Positions 27,340 to 36,168 are shown, counted from the stretch's first letter. The stretch: 43,968 nt of DNA from Candidatus Buchananbacteria bacterium (GCA_903859075.1 CAIOLF010000003.1:1-43968), one strand, 5' to 3'. Program-made: numbers and translations. Notes: generated by a model not told the origin, from the sequence alone.

Positions 27340-27720
27340 CTAAATTCGATTCACTTTCCATTTGCTATCCACCCATAAGCCGATAATTTCTGCCTTAAGC
27401 TTCCATCTATTGATATTTGCAATCGCCAAACGCAAATCATGCAGATGTCGTGCTTTCTTTACCGGATTGCCGGCGCAGTCATGGTGGGCGACTACGGCTA
27501 AGATTTTTGAGCCGTGCTTACCGAGGGAAATTTTTACTCTTTTTTTAATGCCATTGATAACCGCCTTATCCTCGTATAAATTCAAAATCTTTTCCGGCCC
27601 CGGCTCGGTGATGGTATCGACATAGTCAACATGGAAATTTTTCTTCAGCCAAGAATTGACCGGCAATTGCGTCCGGCCATCCAGGCAATTTATAGCCGTG
27701 GCGAATTTATTCTTTGACAT
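27340..27720 (-). CDS. Small hypothetical protein with beta-carbonic-anhydrase-like CxDxR / HxxC motifs
   Basis: CLDGR near the N-terminus and HHDCAG later, in the beta-CA zinc-ligand order. At 126 aa it is much shorter than canonical beta-CAs. Confidence 0.35.
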   Translation of the reverse strand: MSKNKFATAINCLDGRTQLPVNSWLKKNFHVDYVDTITEPGPEKILNLYEDKAVINGIKKRVKISLGKHGSKILAVVAHHDCAGNPVKKARHLHDLRLAIANINRWKLKAEIIGLWVDSKWKVNRI

Positions 27721-28678
27721 TTTTTTTCTTTAATTTATGAAAATATTTTTGCCAGAAGCTCCTGGGTTTTTTGGCGTCTTTCAATTCCCGCCAGGATAAA
27801 AATAAAAAAATCAAAAGTAAGATAATGGCGTTAAGCGGCGCCAGCCAAAAAGGATACTGCCGGCCAAAACTTTCCAAAATCATAATAAAGCCCAGAATGC
27901 CGATAGAATACATGGCGCCGTTTTTCAGGTAGGCCAATTTAGAGATAATATCCACTCCACGGACGGTCAGCTGCCGGACAACTAAAGCGCCCAGGCCGTT
28001 ACCGATGATAATAAGCGGCACCGACAAAGTAAAGGCAAAAGCGCCAATGACGCCGTCAATGGAAAAAGAAGCATCCAAGACCTCCAAATAAATTATCTTG
28101 CTCCAAGCGCTCATCTGGCCGCTGATGAGATCATTTTCTTTTTTTTCCGCGTTTTTTTTGAATCCGTCGGTGATAAAAAAGGCCGAAGCGCCGACAGTGG
28201 CTGAAAGCGCCAAATAAGGATTATAGCCGATAGAAAAATAAACAACGCCGGTGATAAAAATAGAGGCAATGGCATAAAACCAAAAGCCCTGGCGATGAAT
28301 AAATCCCTCAACTAAAAAAGCATACTTTTTTTCTTCCAAGAACAGCCAGCCCAAAAAAACCATGAACAGATAAACGCCGCCGCCCAGCAGTAAAAACGGC
28401 TTGGATTTGTCCAAGTACTCTTCAATATGGGAATTGCTGCTAAAAGCAAAAGTAAACACTTCCACTATTGACAAGCCGGGATTAGCCAGCCAGACGATTA
28501 TAAATGGCAGCAATCCTCGGACGACAAAAACAGCGAGGATAATGCCCCAAAACAGAAAAATCTTGCGGTATTTTTCCGGCAGGGCCTTGAGGACATGGGC
28601 ATTGATAATGGCATTATCAATGCTGGACATGATTTCAAAAACACACAAGCCGAGAATAATAATGACAAATGAAAACAT
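27707..28678 (-). CDS. Integral membrane protein, TerC/DUF475-like
   Basis: 323 aa, multi-TM, SSIDNAIINAHV and SFSIDGVIGAFA motifs resembling the TerC/DUF475 duplicated motif. Overlaps the downstream gene by 14 nt. Confidence 0.5.
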   Translation of the reverse strand: MFSFVIIILGLCVFEIMSSIDNAIINAHVLKALPEKYRKIFLFWGIILAVFVVRGLLPFIIVWLANPGLSIVEVFTFAFSSNSHIEEYLDKSKPFLLLGGGVYLFMVFLGWLFLEEKKYAFLVEGFIHRQGFWFYAIASIFITGVVYFSIGYNPYLALSATVGASAFFITDGFKKNAEKKENDLISGQMSAWSKIIYLEVLDASFSIDGVIGAFAFTLSVPLIIIGNGLGALVVRQLTVRGVDIISKLAYLKNGAMYSIGILGFIMILESFGRQYPFWLAPLNAIILLLIFLFLSWRELKDAKKPRSFWQKYFHKLKKKNVKE

Positions 28679-28729
28679 AAAAAATTAAGTAATTAAGTGA
28701 TTAAGGAATCAATAATTAATGAACGATGA

Positions 28730-28984
28730 TTATTCGCCTTCGATTTCCTTTAAAACCCAGCTGTCGCCATGGGATTTGTCAATAATTATTTCCAGACCGG
28801 CCGCAAGCCCGCCTTCGGCTAAAAGTTTTATATTGAATTTGAGGTTGGCCGGCAGGATTTCTTCCCCATGTTCGATGATTGACCCGAGCTCGATGACGGC
28901 TTTGGTCACTTTCTGCAGGTTGTTCTTGACGGCATAATCCATGATGGTCTTATAAATCGTATCCGCTAGATGGAAATCGTGCAT
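28730..28984 (-). CDS. HypA-like nickel metallochaperone lacking the zinc-ribbon module
   Basis: MHDFHLADTI...KVTKAVIELGSI... and the C-terminal strand VLKEIEGE parallel HypA (MHE... N-terminus). It has no CxxC...CxxC segment and is only 84 aa. Confidence 0.6.
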   Translation of the reverse strand: MHDFHLADTIYKTIMDYAVKNNLQKVTKAVIELGSIIEHGEEILPANLKFNIKLLAEGGLAAGLEIIIDKSHGDSWVLKEIEGE

Positions 28985-28987
28985 AAA

Positions 28988-29530
28988 TTATATTTGATAT
29001 AAATAAGCGTTATAATTAACTTTTTTATCCAAAATAATTTTCTTTTTTACTTCCCAGCCGGGCAAGGCCGAACCGACGGTGACAATTTGCGCTCTTGGCT
29101 TTAATTCTTTTTTTAATTTTTCCGCTAGTCTATTCATTAGTCGCGGCAATAGGTAGACATATACAAAATCAGCGTCACTTAAATCTTCTTTGAAAAAATC
29201 TTTTAATTTTATCATTATTTTTTTTGACCGCCAATTCTTCAGAATAGCAATAAAATAGGCCCAAGGAGAAATTTCCAAACCGATGCACCGGAATGGCTCG
29301 AATCTCTCTGCCAGCCGCAAGAAATCGCCGCTGCCGCAACCCAAATCGTAGATAATCGCTCCCCTGCTGATTTCAATGCCGGCGATAATTTTTTTCAGGT
29401 AGCTTGGCGGAGTATTCACGTAAGGCACCCGAATCAGCAGCAAAAGCAATAAATTAATAATAACTACGGCTAAAGCAATAGATACTAAAATGATCAGAAT
29501 TGAACCAATAATTAAGACTAGATAAACCAT
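28988..29530 (-). CDS. Class I SAM-dependent methyltransferase with N-terminal TM anchor
   Basis: Hydrophobic N-terminus (aa 1-35), motif I IYDLGCGSGDF. Starts 4 nt after the hydrogenase large-subunit stop. Confidence 0.7.
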   Translation of the reverse strand: MVYLVLIIGSILIILVSIALAVVIINLLLLLLIRVPYVNTPPSYLKKIIAGIEISRGAIIYDLGCGSGDFLRLAERFEPFRCIGLEISPWAYFIAILKNWRSKKIMIKLKDFFKEDLSDADFVYVYLLPRLMNRLAEKLKKELKPRAQIVTVGSALPGWEVKKKIILDKKVNYNAYLYQI

Positions 29531-29533
29531 ACA

Positions 29534-30832
29534 TTAATGAGTGGCGCAGGAAATACAAGGATCATAAGCGCGGATGAGAGCTCTGATTTTGCGAGAGCGT
29601 TTTTCGTCGGACAATCTGGAAAGTTCAGGAATATAAGCGGCAATATCCTCTTCCAAATTTTTCAGAAAAGACACTGTCGGAGTGATAATCTGGCATTCCT
29701 TGATCAGCCCGTCTTTATTGATGCCATAAGCGTGATAAAGCGTGCCGCGCGGCGCTTCCACGGCGTCGGCACCGAAGGTGTCGCGACCGCGCGGGTTGGC
29801 GTCGGAAATAAGTTTCAGCTTCTCGCCTTGGCTAGTCTCTTCTTTCAAATTTTTAGCCAAATCATCTAAAAGTTTTTTTGATTCTTCTACAAAATGAACG
29901 ATTTCCACCGCCTGAGCCCAGATGTTGTAAAAAGGATTACACTGAGGGAATTTCCATTTCCAGCCCTTGAGAATTCCCTTAGCCAAATGGTTTAATTGGC
30001 CATGGTTGATATTGATGCGCGCCAGAGCGCCGACCATGAAGGGCTTGCCGTCAAGCTTGGCTGATTTGGCGGCGCGATAGGGCTCTTCTATCTCTTTGAT
30101 ATTTTTGGTGAAATTTTCCGCTTTGATTATTTTTATTGAGCCGTCAGCATTTAAGATTTTTAACTCGCCGGAGTAATAGCCATATTCATCTTTGCCGGAA
30201 AGCGCCATATAAGTCGTGGGACGGCGGAATTTCGGCAGTTTGATCTTAATTACCAAATTTATCAAGCATAAAGCGTTCCTTAAAATGTTTTCATACTGAT
30301 TGACCAAATTTTTCAATTCGTCTTTATCCGGCAGCACTTTAAATCCTCCGACTTCGCAGGCGATCGGATGGACGGCCCGGCCGCCAATAACCTTAATGAT
30401 TTTAAGCGCCCACTCACGCACGGCAATGGCGCAGTGAGTTTCTTTCTGATGTTCTTTGACGAATTTAAGATCATTGGTGATATCGAAAAAATCCGGCAAA
30501 GACAAGAAGAACAGGTGCAAGGCGTGGCTATGGATAATTTGCGCCGAGAGCAATAGTTTTCTCAGCTTTACCGCCTGGAGCGACGGCTTGATGGCAAAAG
30601 CGTTTTCAATCGCTTTAATGGAGGAGATTTTATGGACGACCGGACAGATGCCGCAGATACGGGCGGTGATAATCGGCGCCTCAATATATCGACGGCCGAT
30701 GAGTATGCCCTCGATCAGGCGGGCGCCCTCGGTTGTCATCAGCTTGGCAGACCGCACATCGCCGCGCAAAATTTCAGCAATAAAATCGGAATGCCCTTCC
30801 ATTTTGCCAATGTGGTTGATTTGTATCTTCAT
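29534..30832 (-). CDS. [NiFe] hydrogenase large (alpha) subunit, group 3b-like
   Basis: N-terminal RICGICPVVH and C-terminal DPCISCATH Ni-Fe ligand motifs; 432 aa. The protein ends exactly at the His. Confidence 0.9.
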   Translation of the reverse strand: MKIQINHIGKMEGHSDFIAEILRGDVRSAKLMTTEGARLIEGILIGRRYIEAPIITARICGICPVVHKISSIKAIENAFAIKPSLQAVKLRKLLLSAQIIHSHALHLFFLSLPDFFDITNDLKFVKEHQKETHCAIAVREWALKIIKVIGGRAVHPIACEVGGFKVLPDKDELKNLVNQYENILRNALCLINLVIKIKLPKFRRPTTYMALSGKDEYGYYSGELKILNADGSIKIIKAENFTKNIKEIEEPYRAAKSAKLDGKPFMVGALARININHGQLNHLAKGILKGWKWKFPQCNPFYNIWAQAVEIVHFVEESKKLLDDLAKNLKEETSQGEKLKLISDANPRGRDTFGADAVEAPRGTLYHAYGINKDGLIKECQIITPTVSFLKNLEEDIAAYIPELSRLSDEKRSRKIRALIRAYDPCISCATH

Positions 30833-30836
30833 AATT

Positions 30837-31622
30837 TTATTTACTCTTTTTTGTTTTTTCTAATTGCCTTAAAATAGAATCCCTGGCGCCAAAAATCTCC
30901 ATTACACGGTAGATTTCTCCCCGCGTAAAATTATCCAGCAAGTAAGACATTAAATTTTCTATCTGCGCGCCTTCAAACAATCCGCGGCAGCCCCAGCAGG
31001 CCTGCTTGCTTTTCAGGCACACCGCGTGGCAGCCGCCGAGAGTAATCGGGCCCAGGCAAATTTCCCCTTTTTGCAATAAACATTCGTAGCCATTAGTGCG
31101 GCATTCATTGCAGACCGGACTCTGGGCAATTCGCGGCCGGCGTCCCCGCAATAATTGATAAATGATTTCAAGAAATTCATTGCCAGTGATCGGGCAGCCA
31201 GGAATTACATAATCAACATGCACAAAATTATCCACTTCCTTGATATCCGGATTAGCTACTTTCATCTTGATCTTATAGACATATTTAATTGTCTTTTGCC
31301 TCAATTGGTAGTTTTTAATTTCCCAAACTCCACCAAGTGCCGCGCAATTTCCGACTACTACCAGCAGTTTTGACCGCTCACGCATGGCTTTAAGGAGTTT
31401 GATATTGTCTTTGGTCACCGGATTGCCTTCAATCAGGCAAAGATCATACTTTTCTTCCAGCATCGGCTCGTCTTCTATCAGGCGGAATTCTTGGACTTCA
31501 AAACGGCCTAGTAACTCCAAAAATTTCTTGCCTTGGTCAAGCATAACAAACTGGCAACCCTCGCAGGAGGTCAGGCCGATAATGGCGATTGTTGGTTTTT
31601 TAACTTTTTTCTTTTTTATCAT
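30837..31622 (-). CDS. [NiFe] hydrogenase small (delta) subunit, group 3b-like
   Basis: IIGLTSCEGCQ proximal-cluster motif and further Cys clusters (PGCP, CNEC, CLGP...GC, CWGC). Confidence 0.85.
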   Translation of the reverse strand: MIKKKKVKKPTIAIIGLTSCEGCQFVMLDQGKKFLELLGRFEVQEFRLIEDEPMLEEKYDLCLIEGNPVTKDNIKLLKAMRERSKLLVVVGNCAALGGVWEIKNYQLRQKTIKYVYKIKMKVANPDIKEVDNFVHVDYVIPGCPITGNEFLEIIYQLLRGRRPRIAQSPVCNECRTNGYECLLQKGEICLGPITLGGCHAVCLKSKQACWGCRGLFEGAQIENLMSYLLDNFTRGEIYRVMEIFGARDSILRQLEKTKKSK

Positions 31623-31623
31623 A

Positions 31624-32886
31624 TTAAATACTCATTTGTAATTCATTCTCTAGCATCTGATAGCTCAACTCTCCTTTGAATAGCGCCCATTTTTCGTATT
31701 TTTTTTCTTGATCAAAAAATTTGTTCGCGTAAATATAGTAGTTATTACGGTATTTTTCCGGTGTCAGATTCAGCATGACGGAGTTGGCTCCGGCCAAAAA
31801 CGCCTGCTGCCGGAATTCCATGCCATAAAGCGTTTCCATGGCAGTTGTTACGGGTATCCGGGCACTGGGCACTGTCAGCCGCATCGTGGCAATAACTTTT
31901 AAAATAATCTTAGAATCTATCACCTGCTCATTTAGTAGCGGCGTATTAGCTGATGGTACCAACGGCCCCATTGAAGGCATAAACTGTCCAATGTCTTTCA
32001 TCGTCAGGATATCATCGGCTAAATCGCCAGTCGTCTGGCCGGGTAGTCCGATAATCGGACCGGTAGAAATAATATAGCCCAACTGTTTTAATTCCTTAAT
32101 GCGATTCAATCTCTCAGCCAACGACTCACCATCATGCATCCTGGCATAAATTTCCGGATTGGATGATTCAAACCGCATCAAAATTCCATTAGCTCCGGCT
32201 TGCTTTAATTTCTGATAAAGTTCTATTTCCCTGTCGCCGATGCTCAGGTATAGGAAAACCCGGCATCTTTCTTTTATCCCTGAAACTATATCCAGCAATT
32301 TCTGCTCATCATACCAGTCATCTTCGCCTGATTGCAGTACTAATAATTTATAACCCTTGTCATTTACCGCTTTGACCGCCGTACAAATAATCTCCTCCGG
32401 CTCCAGGCGATAGGTGATTTTCTCTTTATTATCCCGCCGCAAACCGCAGTAAAGGCAATTGTTTTTGCAATTGTTGGAAAACTCAATTATCCCATGGACG
32501 CAGATATGGTCTTTGATGCTGGTTTTTCTGATAATGTTAGCCTCACTGTAAAGCGCTCGTAGCGATTTTTCATCCTCAAGTGACAGCAAATAAACAATCT
32601 CCTCCTTAGTCAAATCGCGTTGCCCCCTGGCTGACAAAATTTCTTTCAATTTACTATCAATAATCTCCGGGTTAATATCCTGATAATGGCCCAACAAAGA
32701 AAAAATTTCTCGCGCTTCTAGATCATCTATTTTTTTTATCAAAAAATCAGCAGTGGTCAGGACCCAGTCGCCGGGAGATAATGGTTCAGTAGTGCCGATA
32801 CGGACTGATTGCCGGCGGCCATTATTGTCAATCTCAGCAATTGTGCCGTTAGTATTTATAACTTTAGCTGGTAAAGTAATACACAT
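31624..32886 (-). CDS. Fusion protein: HypC/HupF-like N-terminal domain + HydE-like radical SAM enzyme
   Basis: aa 1-65 MCITLPAKVI...GDWVLTTADFLIKKIDDLEARE resembles HypC. aa 130-420 resemble HydE-type radical SAM: CKNNCLYCGLRRDN (CX3CX2C at 32446-32469), VLQSGED, GLPGQT, PVTTAME. Confidence 0.8.
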   Translation of the reverse strand: MCITLPAKVINTNGTIAEIDNNGRRQSVRIGTTEPLSPGDWVLTTADFLIKKIDDLEAREIFSLLGHYQDINPEIIDSKLKEILSARGQRDLTKEEIVYLLSLEDEKSLRALYSEANIIRKTSIKDHICVHGIIEFSNNCKNNCLYCGLRRDNKEKITYRLEPEEIICTAVKAVNDKGYKLLVLQSGEDDWYDEQKLLDIVSGIKERCRVFLYLSIGDREIELYQKLKQAGANGILMRFESSNPEIYARMHDGESLAERLNRIKELKQLGYIISTGPIIGLPGQTTGDLADDILTMKDIGQFMPSMGPLVPSANTPLLNEQVIDSKIILKVIATMRLTVPSARIPVTTAMETLYGMEFRQQAFLAGANSVMLNLTPEKYRNNYYIYANKFFDQEKKYEKWALFKGELSYQMLENELQMSI

Positions 32887-32889
32887 AGG

Positions 32890-33711
32890 TTATATTGCTC
32901 CCGGGATGTTTTTTAAATCAGCGTAGGTAAAAATCGGCCCGTCTTTGCAGACATAATAAGGGCCAATGGCGCAATGCTGGCAGACGCCCAGGCCGCAATA
33001 CATTTTGCGTTCCAGCGACAAATATATATTTTCATCTTTTAACCCTTTTTTCTTTAATTCTTTAACAACAAAGTGATACATAATTGGCGGGCCGACCAGT
33101 ACGGCGACGGAATTGGCGGTAATTTTTTTGCTGGATAATAAATCAGTAATCATGCCCTTAGCCCCGGCCCATTGCTTGGATGGTTTTTCCAGTATCACAT
33201 TCAGCTCAGCTTGGCGGTTCCACTTGGCGTATTCTTTTTTAAATAATAAAGTACTCTCATCTTTACAGCCATAAAAAATCTTAAGTACGGCATTGGGCAG
33301 GCGTTCCTCAATATAATCAATAACTAATGACCGCAGCGGTACAAAACCGCAGCCGCCGCCAATGAGCAGTAAAGGCAAATCTCTAAATTTTTCCACGTCA
33401 AAACCATTGCCATAAGGTCCGCGGATAAAGACGGTATCGCCCTCGCGCAAGGAATTAAGCTTATTAGTCAAAGCGCCGACATTGCGGATCGTCAATTCAA
33501 AATACCGGCTGGAATAATACGGCGAGGAACAGATACTGATAGGACACTCGCCCCACTCCGGCAAGCCGATCTGAACGAACTGGCCGGGTAAAAAGCTAAA
33601 ATCAGCTTGCAATTTTTTATCAATAAATTGCAGGCGCAGCAAACGAGTATCGGCAGACTCCTGCGTCGAGCTGATTATCTTGACTGGTTGTGGCTGGTAA
33701 ATATTTAACAT
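32890..33711 (-). CDS. Hydrogenase gamma subunit (FAD/NAD(P)-binding oxidoreductase with C-terminal 2Fe-2S)
   Basis: Ferredoxin-reductase fold motifs (RLLRLQF, LLLIGGGCGFVPL) and CGLGVCQHCAIG...CKDGP. Confidence 0.85.
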   Translation of the reverse strand: MLNIYQPQPVKIISSTQESADTRLLRLQFIDKKLQADFSFLPGQFVQIGLPEWGECPISICSSPYYSSRYFELTIRNVGALTNKLNSLREGDTVFIRGPYGNGFDVEKFRDLPLLLIGGGCGFVPLRSLVIDYIEERLPNAVLKIFYGCKDESTLLFKKEYAKWNRQAELNVILEKPSKQWAGAKGMITDLLSSKKITANSVAVLVGPPIMYHFVVKELKKKGLKDENIYLSLERKMYCGLGVCQHCAIGPYYVCKDGPIFTYADLKNIPGAI

Positions 33712-33712
33712 G

Positions 33713-34720
33713 TCATTTATTGCCTTTTAATATTCTCCGGATATTCTTGGCGATATCAATCCCTACCGGACAAGTATGGGTGCAGCGATTGCAAGAGACG
33801 CAGCCCGGCAAGCCGTACTCTTGGGGAATCCGGACGAATTTATGGACATACCAAAAAAATATTTTCTTTTTGATTGTGTCCAGCTCCTTATTGCCGCCGG
33901 CGACCAGCGAAAAATCATTATAAAAACAATTGCCCCAGCAGCGCTGACGGCAATTATTATTTGGATCGGAATTATCTTTAAAATCAAAACAGAAACAAGT
34001 CGGACAGACAATGGAGCATTTGCCGCAGGCTAAGCATATTTTGCCTAACTCATCCCAAATTTTATTATTGGCAGATTGCCAGACTACTCCTTGCAATTTT
34101 AGAACTCTTTTATCAACCCCTTTTTCCTGGATTGGACCGGCGAATTCTATATGCTTGTAATCTTTGCTGCCGCTAGCTTCCAAAATATTTTGGCCTTTCT
34201 CCGAGCCGGAATAAATCTTGAGCTTGCCATTTTTTAATTTGGCCAGAAAAACATCAAAACTTAGATGTTCTAAAATATCCTCTTCATAAGTGTGGCTGAA
34301 AACTTTGAATTTTTTATAATCAATCGGCCAATCGGCGCTATAGCCGACAATTAAAGTATTATTGCGGCGGCGGCGATAGTAAGTATCCGAGCCGAACACT
34401 TGATCAAATAAAGCTAAAGCCTTCAAATCCAAGACGTTCATGCCGACAGCGGCGATTTTGGGATACTGCTTCTTGCTTTCTTTAATCCCGCCGCTGAGAT
34501 CAAAAATTCGCTCACAAGGAGGCAAAAAAATCTCTTTCCAGGGATTTTCCGGCATCTGCCCGGACCAATCAATGTCGCTGGCGCTTTTAATTTCGGCAAC
34601 CTTAATAATCTCCCCTATTTTTTGGGGAGCAAAAATGAAATAATCCTTAGCCAATAGCCGGAGCAGATTGCTTATTGGCTTTAAGTCAGGTGAAGCATTC
34701 ATGCTTATATTATACCACAA
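33713..34720 (-). CDS. Hydrogenase beta subunit (4Fe-4S dicluster protein, sulfhydrogenase HydB-like)
   Basis: CLACGKCSIVCPTCFC and CVSCNRCTHTCPVG ferredoxin motifs. First gene of the operon. The true start could be the internal MNASPD. Confidence 0.8.
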   Translation of the reverse strand: MWYNISMNASPDLKPISNLLRLLAKDYFIFAPQKIGEIIKVAEIKSASDIDWSGQMPENPWKEIFLPPCERIFDLSGGIKESKKQYPKIAAVGMNVLDLKALALFDQVFGSDTYYRRRRNNTLIVGYSADWPIDYKKFKVFSHTYEEDILEHLSFDVFLAKLKNGKLKIYSGSEKGQNILEASGSKDYKHIEFAGPIQEKGVDKRVLKLQGVVWQSANNKIWDELGKICLACGKCSIVCPTCFCFDFKDNSDPNNNCRQRCWGNCFYNDFSLVAGGNKELDTIKKKIFFWYVHKFVRIPQEYGLPGCVSCNRCTHTCPVGIDIAKNIRRILKGNK

Positions 34721-34765
34721 ACATTAGAAAATATTAAAACGCTTTTGGATTTAATCCAGGTCTTT

Positions 34766-36076
34766 TTATTTAGCAGGGATTAATTGTTTTAGAGTTTGAT
34801 ACTGACCGCTGGCCAATTGATTGATGGAAATTTCCTTATCTAATGGTAAAATATTTCTGGCGCAGCTAATGCCCAATAAAATATTCCAGCCGATTCCTAG
34901 AATAAAAATCAGAGTAATTATGAATTTAACAATTCTAGAACGTATTAATTGCGTCCAATCAAAAATGATCGCCAGGCCGAGGGCAAAAACAACCAAGATT
35001 CCATCCATTCGCCGAGCGCCAAAACTCCGACCGCCCATCCAATCGGTCACAGACGCATTGATATAAATTACGGCGAGCAGCGCCAGTAGGAATAAAAGCC
35101 AATTTTTTGCGTCTCTTTTCCAAAATGATAAGATAAAAGCCAGAATAGCCAGTAGCAGCAGCGGGTGCCAGAAGAATAACCCATGATTGCCGTTAAAAAA
35201 GAAGTTCAGTAAATTTTGCGGCCAAAGGTTGAAAAAACCCGCTCCCTGCGGCAGGGCCAGCCAGCCGCCGTAAAGATATTTCCAAGCCCACAGCTGCGGC
35301 GCAAAAACAATCGCCGTTGTCAGCAGACAAATTATCAGCGAATAAATTCTTTCCTTTAAAAACCGTTTTTTATTAAAAATTAACGCCAAAACAGGGATAA
35401 TGACAAAAATTACATTCTGCCAACGCAACAACAGGGCTAATCCCAAAAATAATCCAACCAGAAAATATTTCCATCTGATATTAAGGTCATCCCGCAGATA
35501 AAAAAAGATCATGCCAGTCACCGCAAAAAACGACAGCACATGCGACATTGACGGCTCATAAATCAGATAAAAATACAACGGCGACAAGAGCCAGATGGCC
35601 GTGGCCGATAAAAAAGCTATCTTATCGGAAAAATACTGCCTAAGCGACAGATAAGTGAAAATCAGCCCCAGTAACAGAAATACTGCGGTAGCTATAAATA
35701 TCGCCTGATCATAAGGCCAGCCAAAACCGGGCAGATTATAAGGATTATTTTGATTGCCGTATTTGCTAATCGGCAGATAATGGGCCGTGAGTAAAAATGG
35801 AGACCACAAGATACTGGGACCGATAGAATACAAATTGGCTACTTTGCCGATTGGTGTCAGCCGCTCTGTCGCATGAGTATTCCAAACGCGGTCAAATTCT
35901 GCATATTCATTCCTAAAATTAAGATCATGATCAAAAAAAGCTGAGCGGAAATAGGAATAATAGCCGAAACCGTCGCCGCCGATAGTCCAATTGGGCCGGA
36001 TAAACCAAACCAAAAAAACTATAATCAATAGATTTAGGATAATAAAAGGCACCAATCCAAACAATTTTTTATTCAT
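34766..36076 (-). CDS. Polytopic membrane protein, probable GT-C-fold glycosyltransferase (ArnT/PMT-like)
   Basis: 436 aa with more than 10 TM helices and an acidic/aromatic first loop (GGDGFGYYSYFRSAFFDHD). Assignment rests on architecture only. Confidence 0.4.
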   Translation of the reverse strand: MNKKLFGLVPFIILNLLIIVFLVWFIRPNWTIGGDGFGYYSYFRSAFFDHDLNFRNEYAEFDRVWNTHATERLTPIGKVANLYSIGPSILWSPFLLTAHYLPISKYGNQNNPYNLPGFGWPYDQAIFIATAVFLLLGLIFTYLSLRQYFSDKIAFLSATAIWLLSPLYFYLIYEPSMSHVLSFFAVTGMIFFYLRDDLNIRWKYFLVGLFLGLALLLRWQNVIFVIIPVLALIFNKKRFLKERIYSLIICLLTTAIVFAPQLWAWKYLYGGWLALPQGAGFFNLWPQNLLNFFFNGNHGLFFWHPLLLLAILAFILSFWKRDAKNWLLFLLALLAVIYINASVTDWMGGRSFGARRMDGILVVFALGLAIIFDWTQLIRSRIVKFIITLIFILGIGWNILLGISCARNILPLDKEISINQLASGQYQTLKQLIPAK

Positions 36077-36168
36077 GGCAATATTAATGAAAGAGTATTA
36101 CTCCCCTTCAAAAACCGTTTGAGCGTAGATCTTATAACCCGCGTCAATTAATTTAATCACTCGCGTAA

